A stretch of DNA of 64,000 nt from IMG/VR virus record IMGVR_UViG_3300035145_001165, positions 1 to 64,000 of that record; one strand, 5' to 3'. The DNA comes from a virus. Positions within the stretch are counted from its first letter, which is position 1; the number at the start of each line of letters is the position of its first letter. The notes under the pieces are model-generated. The model searched no databases, was not told the DNA's origin, and saw only the letters and a list, made by a program, of their open reading frames with translations. This document shows, one piece after another, positions 48,842 through 56,527 of the stretch. The position numbers were made by a program, and so were the translations under genes.

Positions 48842-48889
48842 TGGATTACCTTGGATTAGTTAGGATTTGGTTTGTAGGGGTTGCCCCCA
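48842..48889 (-). promoter_or_regulatory. Putative g32 translational operator (hairpin followed by AATCC repeats)
   Basis: GGGG-CAA-CCCC, then a G-poor leader with three (T/A)AATCC(A/T)A repeats ending at the ATG. Confidence 0.45.
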
Positions 48890-48963
48890 AGCCACACGTC
48901 GGACTTGAACCGACGACCTACGGTTTACAAAACCGTTGCTCTATCCAGCTGAGCTAGAGTGGC
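48890..48963 (-). tRNA. trnT: tRNA-Thr (TGT)
   Basis: GCCACTC..TAGCTCAGCTGGATAGAGC, anticodon arm ACGGT-TTTGTAA-ACCGT, GGTTCAAGTCC. Confidence 0.93.
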
Positions 48964-49140
48964 GAGTGGGTGGCGGGGAGCAGTTTGTCGCTCCCTCTTA
49001 CTGTCTGCCACCATTATAATACCGCTGCTGCGTCCAGCAGCGGGGCACCAAGAGGGGTCCCACCTCTCTCTCACGTGGGTTGGGATTCCGATTCTTTTTT
49101 CTCTCGGAGACGTGAGCACGGATGTATTCCAGTCCGTTGT
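48964..49140 (-). ncRNA. Structured ncRNA, manA-motif-like
   Basis: Helices ACGGA/TCCGT, CTCACGT/ACGTGAG, TCCGA/TCGGA, GAGAGG/CCTCTT, CCGCTGCTG/CAGCAGCGG, GGTGGC/GCCACC and GGGAGCG/TGCTCCC. Possible TCCCA/TGGGA pseudoknot. It has its own promoter and abuts a tRNA. Confidence 0.7.
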
Positions 49141-49146
49141 GTACTA

Positions 49147-49175
49147 ATTATAAGGGATAACGGACCAGGCGTCAA
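49147..49175 (-). promoter_or_regulatory. sigma70-like early promoter
   Basis: TTGACG-17 bp-TATAAT directly upstream of the structured RNA. Confidence 0.8.
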
Positions 49176-49468
49176 GAGTCTTTGCCACGGAAACGGTCGT
49201 CCATCTCCCTGTATTTCTCGTGGAAACCAGTGGTGATCTCGTCCAAGCGTTTGTCCCAGGAGTCACCATATTTTACACTAGCATCAGTACCCTTGGCAGG
49301 ATTGATGCACTTTTCGTTACCGTGTTTGTTGCAGACGAGACCTGCTAGATCGAATTCACTACCTTTTACTCCTGTTCTCCAGTAGTGTTCACCATTTAAC
49401 CATACCGCGCCACATTTTTCGCATTCAACGCGGTCCATTTTAAATAGACTATCGGGATCGTCAGTCAT
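49172..49468 (-). CDS. Hypothetical Cys-rich (Zn-ribbon-like) protein
   Basis: CEKCGAVWLNGEHYW..DLAGLVCN..CINP. Confidence 0.7.
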   Translation of the reverse strand: MTDDPDSLFKMDRVECEKCGAVWLNGEHYWRTGVKGSEFDLAGLVCNKHGNEKCINPAKGTDASVKYGDSWDKRLDEITTGFHEKYREMDDRFRGKDS

Positions 49469-49691
49469 CCTTGGTGTGCTCCTTGATTAGTTTGTTATAC
49501 TCGGGGAGATCTTTAAGAAGTTGCTGCTTAAGTTTTCTACGCATTAACATCATTCTAAATCTAACCCAGGCGTAGCGCAACTGCAGATCTGCATAAGCAA
49601 ATAATCGCATTGTCTCTTCTACACCAGCGTAAGCAATCAGAAGAGCTATGATGGTGACTGTTATCCACAGTCCCATAGTAGATGGATCCAT
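49461..49691 (-). CDS. Hypothetical membrane protein
   Basis: N-terminal hydrophobic helix. Confidence 0.65.
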   Translation of the reverse strand: MDPSTMGLWITVTIIALLIAYAGVEETMRLFAYADLQLRYAWVRFRMMLMRRKLKQQLLKDLPEYNKLIKEHTKDD

Positions 49692-49767
49692 TAAGGCACA
49701 GTGCTACTTAAGTACTTATTTATTGTATCACTTTGACACAATATTGTCTAGGTATAAAACCTTAAGA

Positions 49768-50109
49768 TTAATCTAGGTCCTCGATGGTTCTTTTTAAGGT
49801 TGTTATCATCTCATCGATGTTACCGAAAACATCAGTGACCGTAACGTCTTTGGGGATTCCGATAGCGTCCATTACTTTACGAACATCGTTCGCCATAAGA
49901 GCAGCAGTTTCGTCGTGATTCTTTGACAATTCAACACGTGTCCACAGTATACGCTGCTTCTCCAGTAGTGTCTCGACGATCTCTACGTACTCCTCACGCT
50001 CCTCTGCAGTCATAGCAGGGAAGGCGAGAGTCATCTCCGCAAGTTGATCTTGCAGAGAGTTAATAATTTGAACTTCTTTCTGGACAATATCTGATTCTCT
50101 AAAAGACAT
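49768..50109 (-). CDS. Conserved cyanophage protein (DUF1825-like)
   Basis: F.ESDIVQKE..LLEKQRILWTRVELS..D..A pattern, directly after g33. Confidence 0.65.
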   Translation of the reverse strand: MSFRESDIVQKEVQIINSLQDQLAEMTLAFPAMTAEEREEYVEIVETLLEKQRILWTRVELSKNHDETAALMANDVRKVMDAIGIPKDVTVTDVFGNIDEMITTLKRTIEDLD

Positions 50110-50366
50110 TAGAACATTAACTTAGCACGACTAGTTTTCTTTATGAAATTAAGGCGTTGAGCATCATACTTCAGTTTCTCTTTAAGAGGTTTGGAAATAA
50201 GTTTACTAACACCGTCAAGTTCAATACTATTTAACTCACAGAAGTGAACTACAGCATCGATGTAGTTCATATCGTGGTTCTCAACGACTAGTTTTTCAAT
50301 TTCACCAGCAAATTTTGTAGCAGTCATAAATTTATTTTCTATATCATCAGGTTGTTGTGAGGGCAT
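50109..50366 (-). CDS. g33: Late-promoter transcription co-activator gp33
   Basis: F..EIEKLV....NYIDAVVHFCE.N.IE...V.KLISKPLKEKL..A..LNF. Confidence 0.9.
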   Translation of the reverse strand: MPSQQPDDIENKFMTATKFAGEIEKLVVENHDMNYIDAVVHFCELNSIELDGVSKLISKPLKEKLKYDAQRLNFIKKTSRAKLMF

Positions 50367-51033
50367 TTGTCATTTCGTATTCTTTGATTGCCTCAAGTAG
50401 TTTAACGAAGTGGGGTTCTTTAACTGAAGTTTCAACAACCTGACACTCACCATCTTCGCACGCAACGATGGCAATAAGTTTTTCTACTTCAATCTTGTAA
50501 TGTTCGTAGAACATATAACCGTAGGCACACAGTTGCGGGAAATAATCCTGAGCAATGTATGGTTTCTTTGGTGACTTGGATGTCTTGAAATCAATCACAG
50601 ACAATACGCCATCAAACTCTGCGATAAGGTCTACCTGTCCAGCAATCTTTAACTTATCAGACCATAGCATCGACTCGATTAAACGTGGTCGATCTATTCT
50701 ATCTATAACACTTTTAGAAGTGTGAAACATCTGCACAGGCAGAGGTGAATTCTTATGATCCTCTAAGTTAAGTTGGTTCCTGACATACTGCTCAACAATA
50801 CCGTGATAATTTGTACCACGTGTAGCGGCACGAGTAGAGGTTCGGTTAGCAACTTCGGCACCAACACGATTCCGCCACTTGGCAATCGCCTCTTTCTTTT
50901 TCTTACGATTAGATAGGACTGTAGTGACAGAGGGGTAGCGATTCTCCCCAACGGAGTAGAGTCGCCGCCCCTCAAACAATCCTCGCTTCAGTGTTTTAGA
51001 TTCTAGAAGTTCAGAGTGGTCAAATTTTTTCAT
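50347..51033 (-). CDS. Exonuclease A (PD-(D/E)XK, Cas4-like)
   Basis: YPSVTTVL, RGTNYH, AGQVD..IDFKTS and QLCAY motifs. Confidence 0.85.
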   Translation of the reverse strand: MKKFDHSELLESKTLKRGLFEGRRLYSVGENRYPSVTTVLSNRKKKKEAIAKWRNRVGAEVANRTSTRAATRGTNYHGIVEQYVRNQLNLEDHKNSPLPVQMFHTSKSVIDRIDRPRLIESMLWSDKLKIAGQVDLIAEFDGVLSVIDFKTSKSPKKPYIAQDYFPQLCAYGYMFYEHYKIEVEKLIAIVACEDGECQVVETSVKEPHFVKLLEAIKEYEMTNALTTT

Positions 51034-51769
51034 TGTAACCTTGGTTGATCTTGGAGACCAGATACGATCTAACCAGACCAGACCTTACAATATCCTCAAT
51101 GCCGAATTCAACCTTCGACACTTCGGGCATACCCTCAAGGATTTGCATAAAATCTAGAATGCCAGTGCGCTCTGTGACCTTTTGGAGGTCGGTTTGGGTG
51201 GCGTCTCCAGCAAACATAATCTTGCTGTTCTCACCAACCCTAGTGATTATACTATCAAGTTCGTGAAAATTCAAGTTCTGAAATTCATCAACTATAACAA
51301 TAGCATTATCAAGAGTCGTACCCCTAAGGAAAGAAGTAGACCAGAAGCTAATAGTTTCTTGACGTTGTAGGTCGTCATAGAGTGTGTCAAATTCCTTATC
51401 AGTATACATCGAGAACATATGCTTCACCATATTCTTATAAGGAATCTGGTAAAGAAAGCTCTTGTCGTCGTGTGTTCCAGGAAGGAAACCAATCTCTCTG
51501 GTTGCTACTAAAGAGCGAACTAGATAAACCTTTTCGTAAGGAGAATCTTCAGAGAGACATTCTTTTAGTGCGTTATAAAGAAGACAGAAAGTTTTTCCTG
51601 TGCCTGCTGCTCCATATGCTACTAGGTTTTGACCTTTGGCGTACTCCTCCCAAACTTTCTCTTGGTTATCTGTAAGAGGTTCGATGTTACGCAGCAGTGA
51701 AGTATTAATCGGTTTTGATCTTTTCATCTGCTTAGTTGAAAGAACTGTTGGCGACTTCTTTCTCGGCAT
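51020..51769 (-). CDS. phoH: PhoH-like ATPase
   Basis: GAAGTGKT, IGFLPG, FLRGTT, DEFQN, GDATQTDL and DIVRSGLV motifs. Confidence 0.95.
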   Translation of the reverse strand: MPRKKSPTVLSTKQMKRSKPINTSLLRNIEPLTDNQEKVWEEYAKGQNLVAYGAAGTGKTFCLLYNALKECLSEDSPYEKVYLVRSLVATREIGFLPGTHDDKSFLYQIPYKNMVKHMFSMYTDKEFDTLYDDLQRQETISFWSTSFLRGTTLDNAIVIVDEFQNLNFHELDSIITRVGENSKIMFAGDATQTDLQKVTERTGILDFMQILEGMPEVSKVEFGIEDIVRSGLVRSYLVSKINQGYNEKI

Positions 51770-51777
51770 AGAATTGA

Positions 51778-52014
51778 TTACTTGTAGGGTTTAACGTTAG
51801 ATCCAGGAACTTGGGAAACTTTTTGGAGAACTTCATTCCAGCCTCCATCAGTTTTGTTTCTCCAATCACCCACTTCACCTAAACCAGCGACGCCTTTAGA
51901 CCAATCTTTATCCCAGTCGGGATTGTCTTTTCGCCACTGTTCATAGGCAGATAGCGAAAGATTTAATTCTTTTCTTTCACCTGTAGTATTGTTTTTTACT
52001 GGATAAATCGGCAT
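51778..52014 (-). CDS. Conserved cyanophage protein (FmdB-like N-terminus)
   Basis: MPIYPVKNNTTGE...GWNEVLQKV..PGSNV. Confidence 0.7.
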   Translation of the reverse strand: MPIYPVKNNTTGERKELNLSLSAYEQWRKDNPDWDKDWSKGVAGLGEVGDWRNKTDGGWNEVLQKVSQVPGSNVKPYK

Positions 52015-52027
52015 AACTATTTAGACC

Positions 52028-52741
52028 TCATTGAGCTTCGTGGGGATCGTAATCAGGATTCATTGCTTCGTACTCACGTTTTTTATCTTTGTGGATACGA
52101 ACAGTATCTTCATCAGCAGAATCTTTATATGCTTCAGCGTGTTCTTCAGTGAAACCGACTTCCCACGGCATTAGTTGCTGAGAACCAAGAGTAGGTTTGA
52201 TAGGATCACGACTATCAAGACCCTTCATATTCATACGATTTTCAACAGCGCGGCGACTGTTACCTTCTTCCGCCTCCTGCATCTCTTCGTACTGACGTTG
52301 CTCCTCGATAGTGATAGGTTCATTAGAAGTAACACTATCAACGTGGAAATCTTTTTCAGAACCACCACCAAGAAACTTAGGTGCACCAGTAATATAACCG
52401 TGCTCCTCGATATCTTTTTGGAAGTGACTGATTTTATTCTTACGTTTGTCAGTTACTTTATACCGAGTATAGTTCTCGGTAGGATCTGTAGTATCTGACC
52501 AAGATGCAGGTTGTGCTGGTACAAATTTAGGATCCTTCTCCTCCACAGTTCTAGTCTGGTTATCCATATCAGGATAACTAGGGAAGGACTCATCACTTTT
52601 AAATTGCAAGTACCTGAGTTTGCCAGGTGCTACACAGAGGTTAGGATTCTGACGGAGAAAATCTTCTAATCCCTCTAGAGATAAGAACAGTTCACCTACA
52701 GACTCACCAGTCTCTTTGTTGTTGAATTCGTATTGAGGCAT
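52028..52741 (-). CDS. Hypothetical acidic protein (N-terminus related to 51778-52014)
   Basis: MPQYEFNNKETGE...LSL...E.FLRQNP. Confidence 0.65.
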   Translation of the reverse strand: MPQYEFNNKETGESVGELFLSLEGLEDFLRQNPNLCVAPGKLRYLQFKSDESFPSYPDMDNQTRTVEEKDPKFVPAQPASWSDTTDPTENYTRYKVTDKRKNKISHFQKDIEEHGYITGAPKFLGGGSEKDFHVDSVTSNEPITIEEQRQYEEMQEAEEGNSRRAVENRMNMKGLDSRDPIKPTLGSQQLMPWEVGFTEEHAEAYKDSADEDTVRIHKDKKREYEAMNPDYDPHEAQ

Positions 52742-53388
52742 CAGAATTTCATCACCGTAATATATCTAGGTTCGTAAGCAGCAGTCACAGGAGGTCTAGC
52801 AGAGTGGGGAATCCGACCATCAAATGATACCACTCTTCCTGCTTTAGGAAGAACCGATTTGATAATGTTGTCATCAAAATCATAGAAGACAGTCTCGCCA
52901 CCCCAGTCGCGATGCCACTTGGAATTAGTGTAGAACATCACGGTACGATTCTTCTCGTCTAGATTATCGATGTGCGCCTTAGGGCGGTCCATAGAGCGCA
53001 GCATATTGGTATAGACGTTTCCGAGCATCTCATACGGAGGGAGAGGACAGACGCCTTCTAGCGCCTGGTAGAGTGCTCTGCAGAGGTCTTCGTCTTCCTT
53101 GCTGCACTCAGGTGCACCCTTGTGGATGCGTGTCCAATACTTATCAGCAGCGGGGATGGTGTTGCCATCAGTAAGTTGCTGCTGTTGAGCAATGAGAGAA
53201 CGCTTAAATTCCTCGACCTCTTCGGGAGACCGAGGAATACGGAGGAAGCTCTTCGCCTCCTCTAGTTTTCCTGCATCGTTAGAACGTTGCAGGACATAGA
53301 ACTGACGTGACAAGAACTGAAAGATATCAATACAAGCACGTTCGTCTATGACATTATCATATACTTTGATGTCGTTCAGGAAGTCCAT
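52741..53388 (-). CDS. 2OG-Fe(II) oxygenase (prolyl-hydroxylase-like)
   Basis: AHID, W.RDWGGETVF and PKAGRVVSFDG.IPHSARP motifs. Confidence 0.85.
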   Translation of the reverse strand: MDFLNDIKVYDNVIDERACIDIFQFLSRQFYVLQRSNDAGKLEEAKSFLRIPRSPEEVEEFKRSLIAQQQQLTDGNTIPAADKYWTRIHKGAPECSKEDEDLCRALYQALEGVCPLPPYEMLGNVYTNMLRSMDRPKAHIDNLDEKNRTVMFYTNSKWHRDWGGETVFYDFDDNIIKSVLPKAGRVVSFDGRIPHSARPPVTAAYEPRYITVMKF

Positions 53389-54017
53389 TCTAATGCTTCA
53401 GATACTGTAGGAAATTGTTCAACAAAGATCTGCTTGCAGGAATTAGCAAGATCCATATGTTCTTTCTGAGTTCCGTTAGCGGATCTCAAAGTTATGTAGT
53501 GGATCCACGATCGCACTGATCCTGACATATAGATTTTTGTGGGCACGGCGAGGGGAAGCACAAAACGCGAACACTCCTTTGCGATTCCTTTGGCAAGCAT
53601 TTGTTGATACAGATCCATTGCTTCTGCAAAGTGCTTTTGAATTAAAATCTCAAAGTGCTGCTTGGTAAAAGGATCAACATCATCAATAGAATTCTGTCTG
53701 TTCTTAGTATCCTGAGAACGAAGATCAAACATAGGAATTCTTTCTGCCAACATAGAGCTGTCAGCATACCGCTGGGAAAACTCTTGATATGTGAACGAAC
53801 GGTGGCGCAGCACTTGAGCTGCGATACCCCTGGTAGTTTCCAGTTCCAGAGTCATAAATGCCTGCTCGAATACAGACCAGTGGTTGTGCTTAATGCAGTA
53901 ACCTAGAAGCTTAGCGTAGTTAGGATTCTCCTGGTTATTTGGATTCGACACACGTGCCACGTATGCCATTGTAGATTCAGCGTCGGGCGTAACAGAGATC
54001 AGTCGTGCAGTATTCAT
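53376..54017 (-). CDS. thyX: Flavin-dependent thymidylate synthase
   Basis: HWSVFE, QVLRHRSFTYQEFSQRY and R...TQKEH motifs. Confidence 0.97.
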   Translation of the reverse strand: MNTARLISVTPDAESTMAYVARVSNPNNQENPNYAKLLGYCIKHNHWSVFEQAFMTLELETTRGIAAQVLRHRSFTYQEFSQRYADSSMLAERIPMFDLRSQDTKNRQNSIDDVDPFTKQHFEILIQKHFAEAMDLYQQMLAKGIAKECSRFVLPLAVPTKIYMSGSVRSWIHYITLRSANGTQKEHMDLANSCKQIFVEQFPTVSEALEWTS

Positions 54018-54664
54018 CGAGAGAGGCGAAGGCGATAGATTCCAGTGTCTAGTTCAGAGGGAACGAAGTTCATCGAGATAGAAACCCTACGGACATCTTC
54101 CTGTAGGATTTTTGTTTCGTGTGTAATGTTACTAGGCCAGAGGAACAGTATACTCTCTTCTGGCATCATAGTCAAGGACTCAGCGTTGTACTTAGAAGGA
54201 CCCTTCGGCATAGCAGAAAGGTATGGTGATGTCTTCTCTATTGATGGTGAGTGGAAACTCAGTCCTGTAGATCCTTGAGGAAAGTTCAGGTAGTATGTAC
54301 CCGAGACGAAGCAGTTAGCGTGACTATGTTTATACTGCCAACCACCCTTGGTAGTAACGTTGACCCAACAGTCAGTAATGAAATGTTCCTTAGTAACATC
54401 CCACTTGTATACGTTTTGGGTGTAATCAACGTAAGATTTCGATAGAAACTTCTTGAACTCATCTAGGATAGGTTCTTCTTCATCTAAGAAGTTTTCTCCT
54501 GTGGTGTTCCAGAAATGAAAGATGTCAGGTGATATGGGAGAACCATCAATCTGTCTACCCTTAATTAATCTACGAACAGTATCTTTTAATTCATCGTGTT
54601 TGTCATCATCCCACTTGTAGATACCTAGAGGGACGGGAAATAAATCTACAACCTCAACTCTCAT
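54014..54664 (-). CDS. Putative 2OG-Fe(II) oxygenase (TIGR02466-like)
   Basis: DCWVN...HSHANCFVSGTYY, WPS.ITH and RVSISMNF motifs. Confidence 0.8.
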   Translation of the reverse strand: MRVEVVDLFPVPLGIYKWDDDKHDELKDTVRRLIKGRQIDGSPISPDIFHFWNTTGENFLDEEEPILDEFKKFLSKSYVDYTQNVYKWDVTKEHFITDCWVNVTTKGGWQYKHSHANCFVSGTYYLNFPQGSTGLSFHSPSIEKTSPYLSAMPKGPSKYNAESLTMMPEESILFLWPSNITHETKILQEDVRRVSISMNFVPSELDTGIYRLRLSR

Positions 54665-55337
54665 CACGTACGACTCGATAATTATATGCACCTGCTGAAA
54701 GTTGTGCAGGCATAAAGTTCATAGAAATACTAGTCCTGGTGGCACCCTTTTGTGTAGGTGCTGTCAGGTGTGCGATATTACCTGGCCACAGCAACAGGTA
54801 ACTCTCTTGACAGTCACCATACCACTGAGTAGAACTGTAAGGTGTGGTCTTGACAGTATCAAAACCAATGTAGGGTCTTCCTGGTTGTGAAGTAGGATTC
54901 ATAAACAAGATAGGACCAGCACCGTCTTCCATATGAAGATAGTAAGTACCAGATACAAAAGCATTAGCGTGAGTGTGGATCACTTGCTGCCCACCTTCCT
55001 TGGTGATGTTAACCCAGCAGTCAGTGATCGACGCTTCTTTCACAACATTCCATCCACAAAGATCAATAACATAATCTTCATAGCACTTTTCTATCCAACG
55101 TCCAAATTCTACAAGGACTTTATCTTCTTTGTTATCATTAAGAAGATGTTCGTTAGAGTGCTGATAGAAGTGGAACATATTTTGTGACCACTCACTCGGA
55201 CCCTCACGAACTTTGGCAATGGCGCGACGAACAGAATTCTTTAGTGCGTCGTGGAGTTCGGAATCGAGTTTGTAATAACCAATAGCAGTAGAAAATATCT
55301 GCTCTACTTTTTCACGTTCAACTCCTTCACGAATCAT
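54654..55337 (-). CDS. Putative 2OG-Fe(II) oxygenase (tandem paralog of 54014-54664)
   Basis: DCWVN...HTHANAFVSGTYY, WPG.IAH and RTSISMNF motifs. Confidence 0.8.
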   Translation of the reverse strand: MIREGVEREKVEQIFSTAIGYYKLDSELHDALKNSVRRAIAKVREGPSEWSQNMFHFYQHSNEHLLNDNKEDKVLVEFGRWIEKCYEDYVIDLCGWNVVKEASITDCWVNITKEGGQQVIHTHANAFVSGTYYLHMEDGAGPILFMNPTSQPGRPYIGFDTVKTTPYSSTQWYGDCQESYLLLWPGNIAHLTAPTQKGATRTSISMNFMPAQLSAGAYNYRVVRDES

Positions 55338-55512
55338 AACCAAAACCTTTTTCTACTTTGCGGCGTCGTTGTTTTTCTTTTAGTTGTTGTTTAGCAACCT
55401 TAAGTTGCATTTTCATATACTGAAGTTCTTCATCAGTATAAAGTTCAGGGCGAGTGTCGGCAACTTTAAGTGCTGCTTTCGCCAGTCTGATCTGGTCTTT
55501 GAGTCGGGTCAT
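55327..55512 (-). CDS. Conserved small basic protein (MTRLKDQIRLAK...KGFG)
   Basis: Internal ATG at 55512 of the listed ORF. Confidence 0.6.
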   Translation of the reverse strand: MTRLKDQIRLAKAALKVADTRPELYTDEELQYMKMQLKVAKQQLKEKQRRRKVEKGFGYDS

Positions 55513-55714
55513 AGTAGGCTTTGTAATATGCAACGATTCCGCTGGAGATCTTATGACCCTGTGAGATCCAGTCGTGACAACACTCGTAGATTGCCTGTCC
55601 ATTATTAGGAATGGTATCACCACCAAACTTCTTCAACAAAATTGCTAGGCACTCTTGCCGCAACTTCATCTTGTGATCGGAGTAACGCCAGTCAGTCAGG
55701 GATTCCATCGTCAT
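55466..55714 (-). CDS. Hypothetical protein
   Basis: DWRYSDHKMKLRQ..IYECCHDWISQG. Confidence 0.6.
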   Translation of the reverse strand: MTMESLTDWRYSDHKMKLRQECLAILLKKFGGDTIPNNGQAIYECCHDWISQGHKISSGIVAYYKAYYDPTQRPDQTGESST

Positions 55715-55913
55715 CGTTGATTTCATTATAAGTGAGGGAATTTTTAAACAAATCCTCGTACTTTACGTTGAGGTAACTGGGACTTCCTTTAGTCTCTCCA
55801 CCCATAGGAGGAGTATATGCGTCTGGATCAGAGTAAATTTCAGACTCCAGGGCATTCACTAAGGACTTGAGATTCTTCAGGATTAGCTTGAGGCGTTCCC
55901 GATCGGGTTCCAT
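55692..55913 (-). CDS. Conserved cyanophage hypothetical protein
   Basis: DRERLKLILKNLKSLVNALESEIYSD...DDDGIPD. Confidence 0.65.
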   Translation of the reverse strand: MEPDRERLKLILKNLKSLVNALESEIYSDPDAYTPPMGGETKGSPSYLNVKYEDLFKNSLTYNEINDDDGIPD

Positions 55914-55934
55914 AAGACCTGTTCGTTTAAGTAT

Positions 55935-55971
55935 ATAGTAGCACAAAAAAAGAGGGGTGACAACCCCTCTC
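55935..55971 (-). terminator. Rho-independent terminator with an overlapping promoter
   Basis: AGAGGGGT-TGTC-ACCCCTCT plus a U-tract. TTGTCA-17-TACTAT overlaps it. Confidence 0.75.
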
Positions 55972-56128
55972 AAGAACTGATCTTCCAGTTTTTATTGCCA
56001 CGTGACTTGAGATCAACCCACTTGGCATAGTGTACACCACGGTACGTTAAGAACGCGAATGTTCTATCTGGATCGTGTTTAGCAGGATCATAGTCTGGAA
56101 GGTCATATTGAAATCTGACCTTCAGCAT
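55970..56128 (-). CDS. DUF4278-like small protein (52 aa)
   Basis: Read manually: MLKVRFQYDLPDYDPAKHDPDRTFAFLTYRGVHYAKW..., with an LTYRGVxY motif. Confidence 0.7.
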   Translation of the reverse strand: MLKVRFQYDLPDYDPAKHDPDRTFAFLTYRGVHYAKWVDLKSRGNKNWKISS

Positions 56129-56137
56129 TACCTATCC

Positions 56138-56305
56138 TCACTTGGTATAGGTATGACCTCTATAGCAGAAAGTACCGTGTACCTCGTCAGCATCACCTTG
56201 CTTGCACTCAAACTTGACACCGCGATAGGTAGTCATAGCAATCTGTGCATCGTGGAGAGCTGCTGCTTTCTTGATCTGCTTTTTGATTAGAGTAAGTGTG
56301 TTCAT
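56138..56305 (-). CDS. DUF4278-like 'downstream peptide' (55 aa)
   Basis: Read manually: MNTLTLIKKQIKKAAALHDAQIAMTTYRGVKF...FCYRGHTYTK. Two YRG motifs, directly after the aptamer. Confidence 0.75.
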   Translation of the reverse strand: MNTLTLIKKQIKKAAALHDAQIAMTTYRGVKFECKQGDADEVHGTFCYRGHTYTK

Positions 56306-56335
56306 TGTACTGAAATAATAGGGTTGGTTAAAACC

Positions 56336-56524
56336 CGTTCCTTCAGTCGTTTGCGTCCCAATAGTGACTACACTCAGGCACGGATTCCTTTACGGTCTCC
56401 ACTAACTCCACAACAATGTGAGGAGGAACCTCTGCTCTGTTCTTTTGGATCCTGAGCACTAATGCATCAGCATCAGAACAGATCATATTTGCATAGAGTA
56501 AAAACTCAACCATTGGGATGAACG
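56336..56524 (-). ncRNA. Glutamine riboswitch-like aptamer 2 (glnA/Downstream-peptide family) with an ORF in the P2 loop
   Basis: CGTTCA-TCCCAATGGT...[ORF]...ACTATTGGGA-CGCAAACGACTGAAGGAACG. Confidence 0.75.
56343..56513 (-). CDS. Riboswitch-embedded small protein 2 (56 aa, C-X35-C)
   Basis: MVEFLLYANMICSDAD...VPECSHYWDAND. The ATG lies in the P2 5' strand and the last codons in the aptamer 3' half. Confidence 0.7.
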   Translation of the reverse strand: MVEFLLYANMICSDADALVLRIQKNRAEVPPHIVVELVETVKESVPECSHYWDAND

Positions 56525-56527
56525 CTC

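Noticed and set aside
48925-49236. Short ORFs over the tRNA-Thr / structured RNA region
   Set aside because: They overlap a tRNA and an extensively base-paired RNA, so a non-coding reading fits better.
49720-49745. Imperfect palindrome TTGTATCACTTTGACACAA as a second NtcA site
   Set aside because: The spacing is GTA-N9-CAC rather than GTA-N8-TAC, and no nitrogen-related gene is adjacent.
50347-51033. CRISPR-Cas system suggested by a Cas4-like nuclease
   Set aside because: No repeat-spacer array or other cas genes were seen. This is the usual exonuclease between phoH and g33.
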